Shown: piece after piece, positions 10,445 to 20,856 of the stretch | How positions within the stretch are numbered: the stretch's first letter is position 1 | Layout: each line of letters begins with the position of its first letter | Assembly: GCA_024613925.1 (NCBI GenBank) | Contig: GCA_024613925.1_4713.1 | DNA: 64,000 nucleotides | From: a phage | Reading direction: 5' to 3' (one strand) | Notes under the pieces: generated by a model | The model's database searches: none | Told to the model about the DNA's origin: nothing | Seen by the model: the letters and a program-made list of their open reading frames with translations, nothing else | Made by a program: the position numbers and the translations under genes

Positions 10445-10993
10445 TTATCCTGGATAAATAGTGATGATATCACCAATGACGGTTGTGGCACCGGCGTAAA
10501 GATGAGCCGGGGATACATCGTGTTGGTTTGTCACAGTAAGATCCAATCGACCACGCCAAACCATGGAGGTATTCGCGATGGGGATAGAGATCTTTTTGGA
10601 TATATCGTCACGAAAATCAATAACAGTGGCAAGGGTAACTGCATCAAAATCGACGTCGGGGTCAAAGACGAACCCGTATCGATCTGAAATCGCCCGAATA
10701 ATCGCATGTATAGTTGTTGTCTCAACGGACTCTAAAACGATTTTTACCGGTATTCCTAAAAATGCCTTCGCGATATCGCGTCGAGCGTAAACGATAAAAC
10801 TTTCACCGCACCACTTTGTTCCTTCATTTGCTGTGACGATCACTTTTGCCCTGTTAGCACCAGAACTCCCATCCAATGTTAATGTAAGATCGGAGCTGCT
10901 GAACACGCTACCGTTACGTTGGTTTATCAACGTAATCAGTTCGTCTTTCCATGGCGGGTAAAGTGAACGCATAAGCGCACCCTCCTCCAACAA
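10445..10993 (-). CDS. stand-alone N-terminal adapter module protein (paralog B) immediately upstream of long fibre gene
   Basis: 182 aa, homologous only to the N-terminal module of paralogs A/C/E (RRDIAKAFLGIPVKIV, SDRYGFVFD); stop 6 nt before fibre ATG. Confidence 0.55.
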   Translation of the reverse strand: MLEEGALMRSLYPPWKDELITLINQRNGSVFSSSDLTLTLDGSSGANRAKVIVTANEGTKWCGESFIVYARRDIAKAFLGIPVKIVLESVETTTIHAIIRAISDRYGFVFDPDVDFDAVTLATVIDFRDDISKKISIPIANTSMVWRGRLDLTVTNQHDVSPAHLYAGATTVIGDIITIYPG

Positions 10994-11127
10994 TCAAATT
11001 AAATTGTAAACGCCTCGAGACCGGAGTGCGATTCGAGGTAAACGTAAACAGTCCAGACGACCGCATAAAATTCCGCGCATATTGCCCCTCTATCCCGACA
11101 AAGCGAGATAGAGGGAGGATAATACTT

Positions 11128-12957
11128 TTATGCTGCTACGTATCCCGGCCAACGTTCTCTTGGCCAGTTTGTTGCGCCCTGCCCAACGTTGTCCTTACCA
11201 GAAATTACATTACTTACGTCCCAACCGCTAAGGTCTTGGTTAAATGCGGTGTTATCGCGCATCATGAGATCGATCTCACGTAGTGACTGGGTATTCCAGC
11301 CGGAAATGTCTTGGTTAAATGCTTTATTGGAGGCAAACATGTTAGTCACGTTCTGTAATTTTGATGTGTTCCAACCACCGATATCACTATTGAACGACGT
11401 GTCCGAGAACATGCCTGCGGCGTTAATGAGGCTGTCTGTTTTCCAGTTAATCAGCTTGTCACCATCGAGCGCCCTGCAACCACCGAACATAAAACTCATA
11501 TCGTTAACTTTGGATACATTCCATTTATCTAACCCGTTACCAACGAACGCGTAACAAGACTGGAACATCCAGCTCATATCGGTAACCCGACTCACATTCC
11601 ATTTACTGAAGTCGAGGTTAAGTTTCTGACACCCTAAGAAGGTTTCACACATACTGGTGATACGACTAACATCCCACTCTTGGATGTTGGGGTCGTTAAG
11701 CGTCGTTAAATAGTTGAACAATTTGTCTAACGACGTCCATTTCTCTGGGATACGGTTTGGTACTGTATGAAGCGATGAAAGGTTATTGGTTGATGGAGAG
11801 CGGAACATGCCGTTATCCCAATTTACGATCTCCGTAATTTCGTACCCTCTGATCGTCTGAGTAGCGTAACCATCTTTCACCGTACCTGTAGCGACGATGG
11901 TATATTCACCAGTGTCCGCATAATCGTGGACGTAGGCATTGTTGCTGGCGGTCTCCGTCGTCTTAGTCCCATCACCCCAATCGATATTGACGTTATCCCA
12001 CCCACCTAGTTTGAACTGTACTTTGCCTCCGGTGGCTTTTAGGATGTATTTACCCCCATTGTCTGTATAATAACAGACAACCATTGGACCGTACAGATTA
12101 CCTATCTGCCAATCATCCTTTTGCGTTATTGCGATTTGCGCCGCACCACGCTGTACGAAGAGTACCGTACGATTCTCGGCAGTCTGTAATGTGGTTATTG
12201 CCTGAGCCTTATCGTCCTCGCTAATTTCACCAGACACCACTAAAGCGCTTAACATCCTTTCGAAGTATTCGATCGGTAACTCAGCTCCAACAGACTTATC
12301 AACAGACTGTACAGCAAGATCACCCAATGCTGCAGTGGTAGCCAATGCCAATGAACCCTTGGTCATATCTGTTTCTTGGATGTAATGCAGTCCCGTAAGC
12401 TGGTACGCTTGAATAATAGTAATCAGGTTCAGCGTATCGTTAACGACCTGTACTTGTAAATACCCGGACCACACATAGCTGTCTTCGGCAATTAGTAGAT
12501 CGACTGACTGAATACCTGATGTTTCAAAGGTGATCTTCTCATTAAGATCGGTTTCCAGGAAATCAACCGCGAGGTCGAAATTAATGCCGTACTTTTCAGC
12601 GATGGAATCTACGATATTTCTTAAAGTAACATCTGTGCTTACGATAAAACGTAACGGAATTCCTGTAAACGCTTTAGCAATGTCTCGACGAACATACGTA
12701 AGCGATTGTTCGAAGAAATACGGGCTGTTATCTCCAGGCTTGATGGTTACCTGGCACACTTCAGGATATTCGGCTGGGATGAACGATTCGAATTTAACAT
12801 CGGATTCTTTCAACGAAAGATTGTTATTCCGGTTCACTAACGCCAGAAGATCGGCTTTCCATCCGGGGTAAACTGTAGACATAAGCACTCCAAAGTTCAT
12901 GGGGCGGTAACCGCCCCGTTGGTTAAATTGTTGGTTTAATATCGCGTAATAGGGCAA
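11128..12957 (-). CDS. receptor-binding protein: N-terminal adapter module plus C-terminal BspA-like leucine-rich repeats (paralog C)
   Basis: Repeats WNVSRVTDMSWMFQSC, WNVSKVNDMSFMFGGC, GWNTSKLQNVTNMFAS, SGWNTQSL, SGWDVSNV; true start probably downstream near MSTVYPGWK. Confidence 0.65.
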   Translation of the reverse strand: MPYYAILNQQFNQRGGYRPMNFGVLMSTVYPGWKADLLALVNRNNNLSLKESDVKFESFIPAEYPEVCQVTIKPGDNSPYFFEQSLTYVRRDIAKAFTGIPLRFIVSTDVTLRNIVDSIAEKYGINFDLAVDFLETDLNEKITFETSGIQSVDLLIAEDSYVWSGYLQVQVVNDTLNLITIIQAYQLTGLHYIQETDMTKGSLALATTAALGDLAVQSVDKSVGAELPIEYFERMLSALVVSGEISEDDKAQAITTLQTAENRTVLFVQRGAAQIAITQKDDWQIGNLYGPMVVCYYTDNGGKYILKATGGKVQFKLGGWDNVNIDWGDGTKTTETASNNAYVHDYADTGEYTIVATGTVKDGYATQTIRGYEITEIVNWDNGMFRSPSTNNLSSLHTVPNRIPEKWTSLDKLFNYLTTLNDPNIQEWDVSRITSMCETFLGCQKLNLDFSKWNVSRVTDMSWMFQSCYAFVGNGLDKWNVSKVNDMSFMFGGCRALDGDKLINWKTDSLINAAGMFSDTSFNSDIGGWNTSKLQNVTNMFASNKAFNQDISGWNTQSLREIDLMMRDNTAFNQDLSGWDVSNVISGKDNVGQGATNWPRERWPGYVAA

Positions 12958-15900
12958 TATAATAGCCTAATCCTCGGAGGATCTCTCCACTCCAGAAACC
13001 AAAATACATTCCGTCTCTGCCGAGATTAGCGCTATCTGGTGCAGGACTCCACCCACCATTCATTACGTCATCAACGGTGTAGCGGTTGATGTAGTTCTCA
13101 ACGATTTCGTTATACGCATTAACCGCAACAGAATAGCCTTTATCGTTGGGATGTCCGTACAACATTGCTAACGACGCACCCGCCAACCATAATCCTGCCA
13201 TATGACCAGTAAAATCATTAGGGATAAAAGCAGGGGGTTTATCCATCGGAAAATCCGTAGGAGATTGATAAGCGTTTTCCTGTTGATACGTAAACAAGAA
13301 ATCGATCCAATGGCTGATGTAAGTGGTTAACTTCTCAGGGACGGCTAAACCACGATCGAGCAGTCCAGCATAAAGCCTCACCGCTGAGAAGAAAGCCCTC
13401 GGCTGATAACCAGACCATGCCGTCTGATCGCCGAAGTGGTACATCGTAAAATCATTAACTTTTGATCCGCTTGGCGCATCCCAACGATCCCACACGTACG
13501 CACTTGCCCCTGGCCCTAAAACCCCGAATTTCTGATAATACCACTGCTGCGAGTCATACCAGAAATTCACAACATTCTGAATCATGAGGTCACGTCGTTC
13601 AGCCGATACGTCCATATCCAGGAAGACCCATGGATGTTGGTAGCCGGGATAAGGCTGACCACGCCAACTGTCGAACGTCGGTGCGTTAGGGACATAGTTG
13701 TTCGAGAACGGAATAATACCCGGAGTATAAGGCAATGGATCCAGACGTTGGTTGACAATCGTACAATCGCCAACACGCAGTGTGCCCTCCGCCTCAAAGG
13801 TTGCTTTTAACGTAAACAGCATGGTATATCCGTCATCCGTGGTGTAAGTTGACGGTGGATTGTTGATGGCGTAAAGCTTAAATACCCCTTCAGCGATATC
13901 GCCGTCGTCAGGCAAGAACAGAATTTCAGTTGAACCATCGCCCCACACAGGTGCAGAAGGTTTAGGGTCAGTATCAGCGTGGCCCGGTTGATACCCTGAG
14001 AGCGTCCATCCGTTCGCCGAAAGCGTCAATGTATTTCTTGCTGTGGTGGCCGGTAGCATATACCACCATCGCCAGCCGTTTGTATCTTCTACACGAACGT
14101 TGTAGTCAATCGACGCGAAATAACTGACCTGCCTTACGATCTGTTTTGCGGTCGGATTGAATTCAAATTGCCCGCCTGCCGCAGTAAGCTGCGCTTTTAG
14201 GAACAACCCATCCCAGGAATCTTCCACCGCTTCGCTGAATTCTGTTGTGATGGCGACATCATCTTTCCAGCCGACTTTATCAGCCGATATCAACACAGAA
14301 CCTGTAACAGCATCGCCGGTTGGCGTTGAAGCTTCATCAACCGCATCAGCAGGAATCAACGAGCCTATTTTGAAATCCCATTCTTTCGGCTCGGCACTGG
14401 AAGGTAACACCAGCTTGTACGTTTTGGCTTTCGCTTCGGTTTTGTCCAAAGAAAGCGATAATGAGATCTCAACCGGAATTGCAATACCCGCTGTATCTTT
14501 ACCACCGCAGGTTACACGAAGAATTGAATCACGATTGACGCGGAACGGAATAGCCTGCTGTTCAAGGTAAATTTGTGCTGAGGATGCTTGAATCACGATC
14601 CAGCCGTCAGTATCACGTGTAATTGTGAACGGTGCTTTCGATGGATAGGTATACGTGTAAGCGATACCGTCGGTGTCGTAACGATCGGTTCCTTTTACCT
14701 GACGGAAGAACTTATCGTTGGCGTCGATACGAGTATATTCTTCAATCGTAAACAACGATGCCTTGTACGCTTTCTGATAGCGCTCCTGCTGCGTTAAACT
14801 GTATAAGGTGTAGGCTGCTTCACAAAACCACTGTTCAGCGTCTGACGCGTTTCCCATGTAGTCTCTGGTGACCGGCACCTGGATCGGTCGGTTATGCTGA
14901 CACTCGTTCGTTTTGATGAGGTATCCGCCATATTCAACAGGAACGCGGGGTGCCCACGCAACCAAATAAGAACCGCTGACGGACTTATCTTTGAGTACGA
15001 TGGTGCCCACCTCATCGTCAGTACACGCTTCAAGATCGTCCCCGCCCACACTTACGTATCGTTTTGTGCGTAACGCAACTTTCTCGATAGGGAACACCGT
15101 ACCCTTTGTATCCCAGTCAATCGTCCCATCATCATTGGTTTTGAACACATCGGCGTTCAAATTCTGCCAGCCGAGTTTACCCTCATAGACCTGAACAACA
15201 AGATCCATGTATTCCCCGAACGTTGGTGCCCCATGTGTTATTTTCCCGATACCGTTGGTGAATGTAACCGCGGTGTCATGGAAACCGCCATGTGTCGGGT
15301 AATCGTTTTTTGCAAGAGGATAATGGGCCAACACCGGCTGTTTACCATTAACAATCCAGTTAGCGATCCAGCGTGCCGGTGTATCCGGTGGTTCAAGACC
15401 CGCATAGAACGCTTTTATATACGCATCGAACGATGCCTCCGCTAATGTGAGATAGTGCGCTTTAAGCTTGGTATCATCCGTTGTATGACTGAATATACCC
15501 GCACCCAGAATTAACAACGACTGTCCTTCTGTTGTTGCGTCACCATCCGGTTGTGCTTCTTGTCGTGTTGCTGCAATGAAATGACGGTTGTTTACCATGA
15601 CCCCGCTTTCATTTAACACGTAATGATCGGTTTCTGGATCGGTAAACGTTCCTGTGTTTCGGGTTAAGAATCTTGCATGGCCATAACCAACGAAATTAAC
15701 CGGCGACGCTGTAATCATCCATTTACCGATAAGTTGAGCAACATCATTATAACGCTCGGATGCGGTGATTTGTTTCACGTACCAGTCTTTACGGTTAAAT
15801 GTCCAAAGCAGGAAGTAATAAGTTGTATCGATTTCCATCACTGGGAACGTCGGCGTTAACGGCTCCAGCATTAAGTAGTTGCTCCAGTCAATCTGTCCGC

Positions 15901-16519
15901 CAACAACCGATGGGGTAATCTCTAATAACTGACACCATTCATAACGGTCCGGTACACTACTGGACGTTGTTGGTAAAGGTAACTTGTATACGCCGGTACG
16001 ATTCAGATCGAACGCTTTTCTAGCCGATCCTAAATCAACATAAATACTCGATGATGCGCTTGCACTATACGCTCCCAAAGCACCTAGCGTTGACCGATAC
16101 ATTGAGATGAACAACGTATCTTTCCAGTACGGGTTATCCTTGGTTGGTTCTAAAGCGATTTGTGCGGAGATGCTGTTCTGTGTCCCTAACTGGTATGTTG
16201 CATTTAAAGATTCTTCCGTGAAATAACTTTCTGCAATTGCCAGATGGAACTGCTCGTTCAATAATGCGAGTGCGGCGCGTCCAGTAACATCCTCATTACC
16301 GGTTTCTTTTTTCATGATCGCGCCGAACGGAAACAATGTCGCGAATGACCGTTTTGGTTTATTAACCGTAACCGTCCCTGTGTAATTTCCAACACCATCA
16401 AGTTTTTGACTATCGCCAACAGCAGTGACTGCGATACCATCAGCCGGGATATCTGTTTTATTTAGTATATTGAGTTGGTCAACCAGATCCTGCTTATCGT
16501 CAGGTAAGAATGTCGCCAT
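12923..16519 (-). CDS. large (1198 aa) virion-associated protein of unknown function, possibly enzymatic tailspike
   Basis: Long ORF with SD GGTGGAG upstream of ATG; preceded by adapter-only ORF 16533..17363. Confidence 0.5.
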   Translation of the reverse strand: MATFLPDDKQDLVDQLNILNKTDIPADGIAVTAVGDSQKLDGVGNYTGTVTVNKPKRSFATLFPFGAIMKKETGNEDVTGRAALALLNEQFHLAIAESYFTEESLNATYQLGTQNSISAQIALEPTKDNPYWKDTLFISMYRSTLGALGAYSASASSSIYVDLGSARKAFDLNRTGVYKLPLPTTSSSVPDRYEWCQLLEITPSVVGGQIDWSNYLMLEPLTPTFPVMEIDTTYYFLLWTFNRKDWYVKQITASERYNDVAQLIGKWMITASPVNFVGYGHARFLTRNTGTFTDPETDHYVLNESGVMVNNRHFIAATRQEAQPDGDATTEGQSLLILGAGIFSHTTDDTKLKAHYLTLAEASFDAYIKAFYAGLEPPDTPARWIANWIVNGKQPVLAHYPLAKNDYPTHGGFHDTAVTFTNGIGKITHGAPTFGEYMDLVVQVYEGKLGWQNLNADVFKTNDDGTIDWDTKGTVFPIEKVALRTKRYVSVGGDDLEACTDDEVGTIVLKDKSVSGSYLVAWAPRVPVEYGGYLIKTNECQHNRPIQVPVTRDYMGNASDAEQWFCEAAYTLYSLTQQERYQKAYKASLFTIEEYTRIDANDKFFRQVKGTDRYDTDGIAYTYTYPSKAPFTITRDTDGWIVIQASSAQIYLEQQAIPFRVNRDSILRVTCGGKDTAGIAIPVEISLSLSLDKTEAKAKTYKLVLPSSAEPKEWDFKIGSLIPADAVDEASTPTGDAVTGSVLISADKVGWKDDVAITTEFSEAVEDSWDGLFLKAQLTAAGGQFEFNPTAKQIVRQVSYFASIDYNVRVEDTNGWRWWYMLPATTARNTLTLSANGWTLSGYQPGHADTDPKPSAPVWGDGSTEILFLPDDGDIAEGVFKLYAINNPPSTYTTDDGYTMLFTLKATFEAEGTLRVGDCTIVNQRLDPLPYTPGIIPFSNNYVPNAPTFDSWRGQPYPGYQHPWVFLDMDVSAERRDLMIQNVVNFWYDSQQWYYQKFGVLGPGASAYVWDRWDAPSGSKVNDFTMYHFGDQTAWSGYQPRAFFSAVRLYAGLLDRGLAVPEKLTTYISHWIDFLFTYQQENAYQSPTDFPMDKPPAFIPNDFTGHMAGLWLAGASLAMLYGHPNDKGYSVAVNAYNEIVENYINRYTVDDVMNGGWSPAPDSANLGRDGMYFGFWSGEILRGLGYYIALLRDIKPTI

Positions 16520-16532
16520 TATTTACTCCACC

Positions 16533-17363
16533 TTAATCGTAACTAAAATAAAGTTTGCTGCTGACGCCGCTATCGGAATGAGGTTTTAACACCAGAACAG
16601 AGCTTCCGAACGACGGAAGTATTGGAACATCTAAATCGTTCGCGTCAGCAACTTTTCCATTATAAACGACACTGGCTGTTGTGATGAGTTCCCAAGCTGA
16701 GGTATAACTCATTGAAATCAGCGATGAGGCTAAACGGAATGCGTTGTATCCTTCTGGACTATCTCCAACCGACATCGAACGTATCGCATCTTGCGGCGGT
16801 AAATTTAGCTTGATACCGTAAGTGCTGAATGTGTGGAAATCCCCTTGTTTACTATCTTCTGGATAGTACGAGGTTAGTGGTTCTCGCACCGTAAACAGTT
16901 CGCTAATATCGGTACTTACCGCTTTTCGTGCGAGGAATTGAAACGTACCGTACCACGATGCCGATGCATCAGAACGAACGGGAACAGATATGGTTTTCTC
17001 GCCGCTTTCAAATTTAACCTGTGATGCTAACGCTGAAGAATCAAAGATCGTTAAATCGATCTTCAACCCATACTTCTTAAACAGCTGCGTTAAGCAATCT
17101 GCTATCGTCGTCTTATCAGCAACGACAATAAAAGGTTGGTGTTTGATAAAGAGCTTATTAATGTCTCGACGTTGAAGATAAACCTGTACGGGGTCTTCGA
17201 CGTAGTAAACCGATTGTGGTGCGGGGGCTATAGAAAGGCGTAACCGACCCGATGCACCATACCAGGCTGGCGTTAACGTAATGTCTGACAGGGATAACGG
17301 ATGCTGGAGATAGGTGTTTATTTTAGATAACACTTCCTCCTGCCATGATGCTTCAGGATACAT
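16533..17363 (-). CDS. divergent adapter module protein (paralog D)
   Basis: 276 aa; weaker similarity to adapter module (RRDINKLFIKHQP, FKKYGLKIDL). Confidence 0.5.
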   Translation of the reverse strand: MYPEASWQEEVLSKINTYLQHPLSLSDITLTPAWYGASGRLRLSIAPAPQSVYYVEDPVQVYLQRRDINKLFIKHQPFIVVADKTTIADCLTQLFKKYGLKIDLTIFDSSALASQVKFESGEKTISVPVRSDASASWYGTFQFLARKAVSTDISELFTVREPLTSYYPEDSKQGDFHTFSTYGIKLNLPPQDAIRSMSVGDSPEGYNAFRLASSLISMSYTSAWELITTASVVYNGKVADANDLDVPILPSFGSSVLVLKPHSDSGVSSKLYFSYD

Positions 17364-17421
17364 GCTGACCTCATAGATGATCGTTGATAGGAAAGAGACC
17401 TAATTCATACCATGGGAACCT

Positions 17422-17475
17422 TAAAAAAAAGAAAAATAGGAAAACGGTGTTCATCCTTTTAGGGATGAACACCGT
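17422..17475 (-). terminator. intrinsic terminator: 13-bp perfect stem followed by U-rich tract on minus strand
   Basis: acggtgttcatcc/ggatgaacaccgt stem 17444-17475; minus strand then reads TTTCCTATTTTTCTTTTTTTT. Confidence 0.7.
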
Positions 17476-17494
17476 GTACCGTTATATCGAACGA

Positions 17495-18070
17495 TTAATG
17501 AGGAATCAGATCGTTAAGCTTTTCTTCTTCAATGACAAAGAAGTTGTTCTGGTCGTCTAAATCTGTTAACAGGACTTGCCCAACAGTAAAGCAAGTTCCG
17601 CCTTTCTTAGGCACCCATACAGGCTCGTTCGTTACCTTATCGGGATACCATTTGAAACGATTGGTATCTAAGAAGAACGCTGCTTTGTTCGCTTTATCGG
17701 TTGAACGATAGCTAACTAGCGCAGGCCACTCAATCCAGGTGTTTGTGCACGGCACATGTAAAGGATACCATGCGCGCCAGCGTTTGCCTGGCCTGTTAGG
17801 ATCAACCCAATACTCGGCAGTCAATACAGCATCTTTATAATGTTTCTGCATTAACATTTCGAGCACAAGCTCATTGCCTTTTGATGCGTCTAAAGTCACT
17901 TCCGTCATATAAAGAGATTTAGGTAATTCAGACTGTTTTGCGGGTGTTACAACACCGGTAACCAACGGTCTGCTCGGTTTACGTTTCTGTTCTTTCCGAC
18001 GTGTGTAAAAGAATAGTCCGATAGATACAGCAACAAGTATAATAAACAACACTACCTTAATCCAACTCAT
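17495..18070 (-). CDS. membrane-anchored protein (N-terminal TM helix)
   Basis: N-terminus MSWIKVVLFIILVAVSIGLFFY then basic stretch. Confidence 0.5.
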   Translation of the reverse strand: MSWIKVVLFIILVAVSIGLFFYTRRKEQKRKPSRPLVTGVVTPAKQSELPKSLYMTEVTLDASKGNELVLEMLMQKHYKDAVLTAEYWVDPNRPGKRWRAWYPLHVPCTNTWIEWPALVSYRSTDKANKAAFFLDTNRFKWYPDKVTNEPVWVPKKGGTCFTVGQVLLTDLDDQNNFFVIEEEKLNDLIPH

Positions 18071-18855
18071 TCGTCAATATCTCCTTCCACAAACAGAGTC
18101 AATTTGATTTCAGGGTCATAGAACATGGTAATCACATCATCTTGCTCTACTGAACGCTGTGCTGTCCATATTAACTGTTCATCCCGAATATCAAATTTAT
18201 GTCGTTCGTCACTCACCACAGCTTCCGCATCAACGTAGTGGTAAACATCACCGAGAGGATTCTCAATCCAGCCGCGTACCATCAAACGTTCTTTTTGTTT
18301 ACGTGTAAAGAAGCGATAAGGATCTTCGCACGTGCGCCACACGTCCCCGTTCTCGTTAACCAACTCATCATAAACTTTAGAGAGTTCGTCGGGTACCGGA
18401 ATCAAAATGTTATCTTGATAGTTCGACCAGAAACAACGTACATCTTGGATCAACTCATCGCCTGGGAGTTTAGTCGCTATGTTACTATAATCGATTTCAA
18501 CAGTATCGATATCAGGACGGGTAAACGGAAGAGCGTCTAGGTTTCCCACCATGACCTCGATACTATCATGATGAACACGAATCCATCCATCGAACCATCT
18601 GTACCCATCAGCTTGATATAACGTTGTGTGATAAGTGACGACGTTAATATCCTCGAACGATTCTAATAAGGCTTTAGCGGCTAAAAGCGGCGAAAAGTTC
18701 TTTGATTGTCCTGGTTTACGTATTTCTTCTTTGATGAACAATTTACCAAGCGCCGGGTGTTCGATAACAAAACCACAGGAGAGCATGATGCTTCCTTGAT
18801 AACGTGCTTCTTGCATTTTCCATTCCTTAAACAAAGTGTGTCTTTTACGCGACAT
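18067..18855 (-). CDS. hypothetical protein
   Basis: 262-aa ORF, 4-nt overlap with downstream gene. Confidence 0.5.
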   Translation of the reverse strand: MSRKRHTLFKEWKMQEARYQGSIMLSCGFVIEHPALGKLFIKEEIRKPGQSKNFSPLLAAKALLESFEDINVVTYHTTLYQADGYRWFDGWIRVHHDSIEVMVGNLDALPFTRPDIDTVEIDYSNIATKLPGDELIQDVRCFWSNYQDNILIPVPDELSKVYDELVNENGDVWRTCEDPYRFFTRKQKERLMVRGWIENPLGDVYHYVDAEAVVSDERHKFDIRDEQLIWTAQRSVEQDDVITMFYDPEIKLTLFVEGDIDE

Positions 18856-18892
18856 GATTACTAGTACACAGGTTACTGAATTTCTGTAAAAG

Positions 18893-19423
18893 TTAATGTT
18901 TGTTCTTTACGAACTCTATCGCCTCCAGAATACCAGCGTTTAATCGTTGACCGCGTTCCTCCATTGTCCCGCCATCGCGATGTTTGAAATTAACCGAGTG
19001 GATATCCCAAGCCCAGTAATGTGTCTCCGGCGTGTCGTCTTCTTTGGTGGGATCGCTCAATCTGTTAACCCCAATTCGCCAAATATAATCAGCGGGTTGT
19101 CGTCGTAAGCATTCACCTATAGCGTCTATATAAGACAACCCTTCGGTCGTCACAGCGACGACAACGTGTGGGTGTTTTTTGACTTCTTTGGTTGTTTGTT
19201 TGCCGTCCAATGTCACGCTGATCTTTTGAATTTCGTGTCCTTCGCACGACCATATCGGTGCAATACCTGGCGCATCTAACAACGCCTGGCATGCGGGTAA
19301 TATACCAGGTTCAATGACTCCTTCCTTGATAGCCATCCGTGCGCGTTCTTTGAATATCGCTAATTGTTCTTCGGTGACAACAAAAGAAAACATAATTACT
19401 CCTTTCTGGTTCTTCCCCTCCAC
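18893..19423 (-). CDS. hypothetical protein
   Basis: 176-aa ORF. Confidence 0.5.
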   Translation of the reverse strand: MEGKNQKGVIMFSFVVTEEQLAIFKERARMAIKEGVIEPGILPACQALLDAPGIAPIWSCEGHEIQKISVTLDGKQTTKEVKKHPHVVVAVTTEGLSYIDAIGECLRRQPADYIWRIGVNRLSDPTKEDDTPETHYWAWDIHSVNFKHRDGGTMEERGQRLNAGILEAIEFVKNKH

Positions 19424-19465
19424 AGCTTCAGGAAGAGAAGAACCGTTTGTTACGTTGCTAAGTAA

Positions 19466-19723
19466 TTAAAAGGCGTTGATTGGATTGTTCAATGCTTTAT
19501 CGCGGATTTGAATTGCTGCTCGCATTGCTTTCTGATACGAATCGTAAGCATCAACAGAAACCGTCATATCAACCAATTTCTCTAATACGGATTCAGCCGC
19601 TTTTACGCGGATGCGGAACTTGGTGATGGCGTTATCTTTGTTACGATAAACCGTGATATGGTGCAGCGGTTGAACGTTAGTTTTATTTGTTTTAACGGAT
19701 TTAGTTGCTTTGATCGTTTTCAT
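19466..19723 (-). CDS. hypothetical small protein
   Basis: 85-aa ORF. Confidence 0.4.
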   Translation of the reverse strand: MKTIKATKSVKTNKTNVQPLHHITVYRNKDNAITKFRIRVKAAESVLEKLVDMTVSVDAYDSYQKAMRAAIQIRDKALNNPINAF

Positions 19724-19778
19724 GATGATTTCCTTCTTTATTAGGATAATTACGTTTTAGTCAGTTTAACAGCATAAA

Positions 19779-19803
19779 CCCTTCCTGCGTAAGGCAGGAA
19801 GGG
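19779..19803 (-). terminator. GC-rich hairpin (cccttcctgc...gcaggaaggg) followed on minus strand by TTTATGCTG
   Basis: 10-bp stem read from sequence. Confidence 0.55.
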
Positions 19804-19817
19804 CATACGGATTTGTT

Positions 19818-20315
19818 TTACGTGTGTCGTCGTTTACCAAAGAAAATGTGGCTGTCTACCACGGTGATATTGGTAGCATGTTTTCTGAAATGTTTAGGGC
19901 GAAGATGTTTCGTGTTAAAGAATACGGCTCCTCGTGTTGGGTCGGCTTTATGGTAAGCCGCAATGTCAGTATAACGTAATGTTGCGACCTCTCGTGCTAT
20001 TGCTCTTGCTCGCTCAAAAGCAGCATGATCGCGTATGATAATACGCCTTTGTTTTGTCCAGGGGAATTGACCTCTTTGCAGTACGACGTCTTTGACGTTC
20101 GTAGGGAATCGGTAGTCCATAGATCGATTATGTATTAAAAACGCCACGGAGTATTGCCCTTTTACAGATTCGCCTCTGGCTTCCATATACACGGCGCATG
20201 CGACGATCTCTTTCCGGCAATCGATTCTAGGTCCTGCGTTCACTGATGCTTGACTGAACGGTGTGATAAGCAACATAACAAGCCCTAAAATCAACGTGTG
20301 TAAAATACCTTGCAT
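19818..20315 (-). CDS. SleB-like cell wall hydrolase with N-terminal signal peptide (candidate lysis enzyme)
   Basis: Motif CAVYMEARGE typical of SleB/Hydrolase_2 family; signal peptide ending SQA; SD GAGGT. Confidence 0.6.
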   Translation of the reverse strand: MQGILHTLILGLVMLLITPFSQASVNAGPRIDCRKEIVACAVYMEARGESVKGQYSVAFLIHNRSMDYRFPTNVKDVVLQRGQFPWTKQRRIIIRDHAAFERARAIAREVATLRYTDIAAYHKADPTRGAVFFNTKHLRPKHFRKHATNITVVDSHIFFGKRRHT

Positions 20316-20856
20316 CTTAATAACCTCACGATAAGGTGCTGTCCACTGGCGTCTTGATAACGCATCCCGTCATCGGGTTGTTCTATTCAGCGGGCAGCAG
20401 GTTAGCGTCAGATGTTTGCCCGACATCCACGACAGAAATAAACGGTACTGAAAATACGGTCTCCTCTGGTTTGGCAATAAACATAACGTTGGATAACAGA
20501 ACCCATTTCCCGCATCCAACGCGGTAAAGGTGTACATCGTTTGAATTCATATAGTTTCTCAAAGATGTTAACCTCTACCGTCGAGCCATAGGTTGTATTT
20601 ATCCCGAACATACGGATCGCGATAAATACGTCGATAGACTTGATGTGGTATAAACTCGCAATGTACGAGTTCGTCGCTTAATTTATGACGTCGTTCCATA
20701 ACGTTGTGAATACGACGTATCTCCCGGATATTAAAGGTTGTTTTATTCAAGAGAATAGACATAATGGCGGATCGATGATCCAGATTAAAGATCGCCATCA
20801 CGCTTCGTATCTCGCGTAAAACAACTTCCCTATCGACAAGGATGCGATTAGTTAAC

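Noticed and set aside
20336-20611. ORFs 20336..20527 (+) and 20408..20611 (-) in the 250-nt gap downstream of... upstream of the SleB-like gene
   Set aside because: They overlap each other, have odd composition and no SD; the region is more likely a regulatory intergenic spacer.
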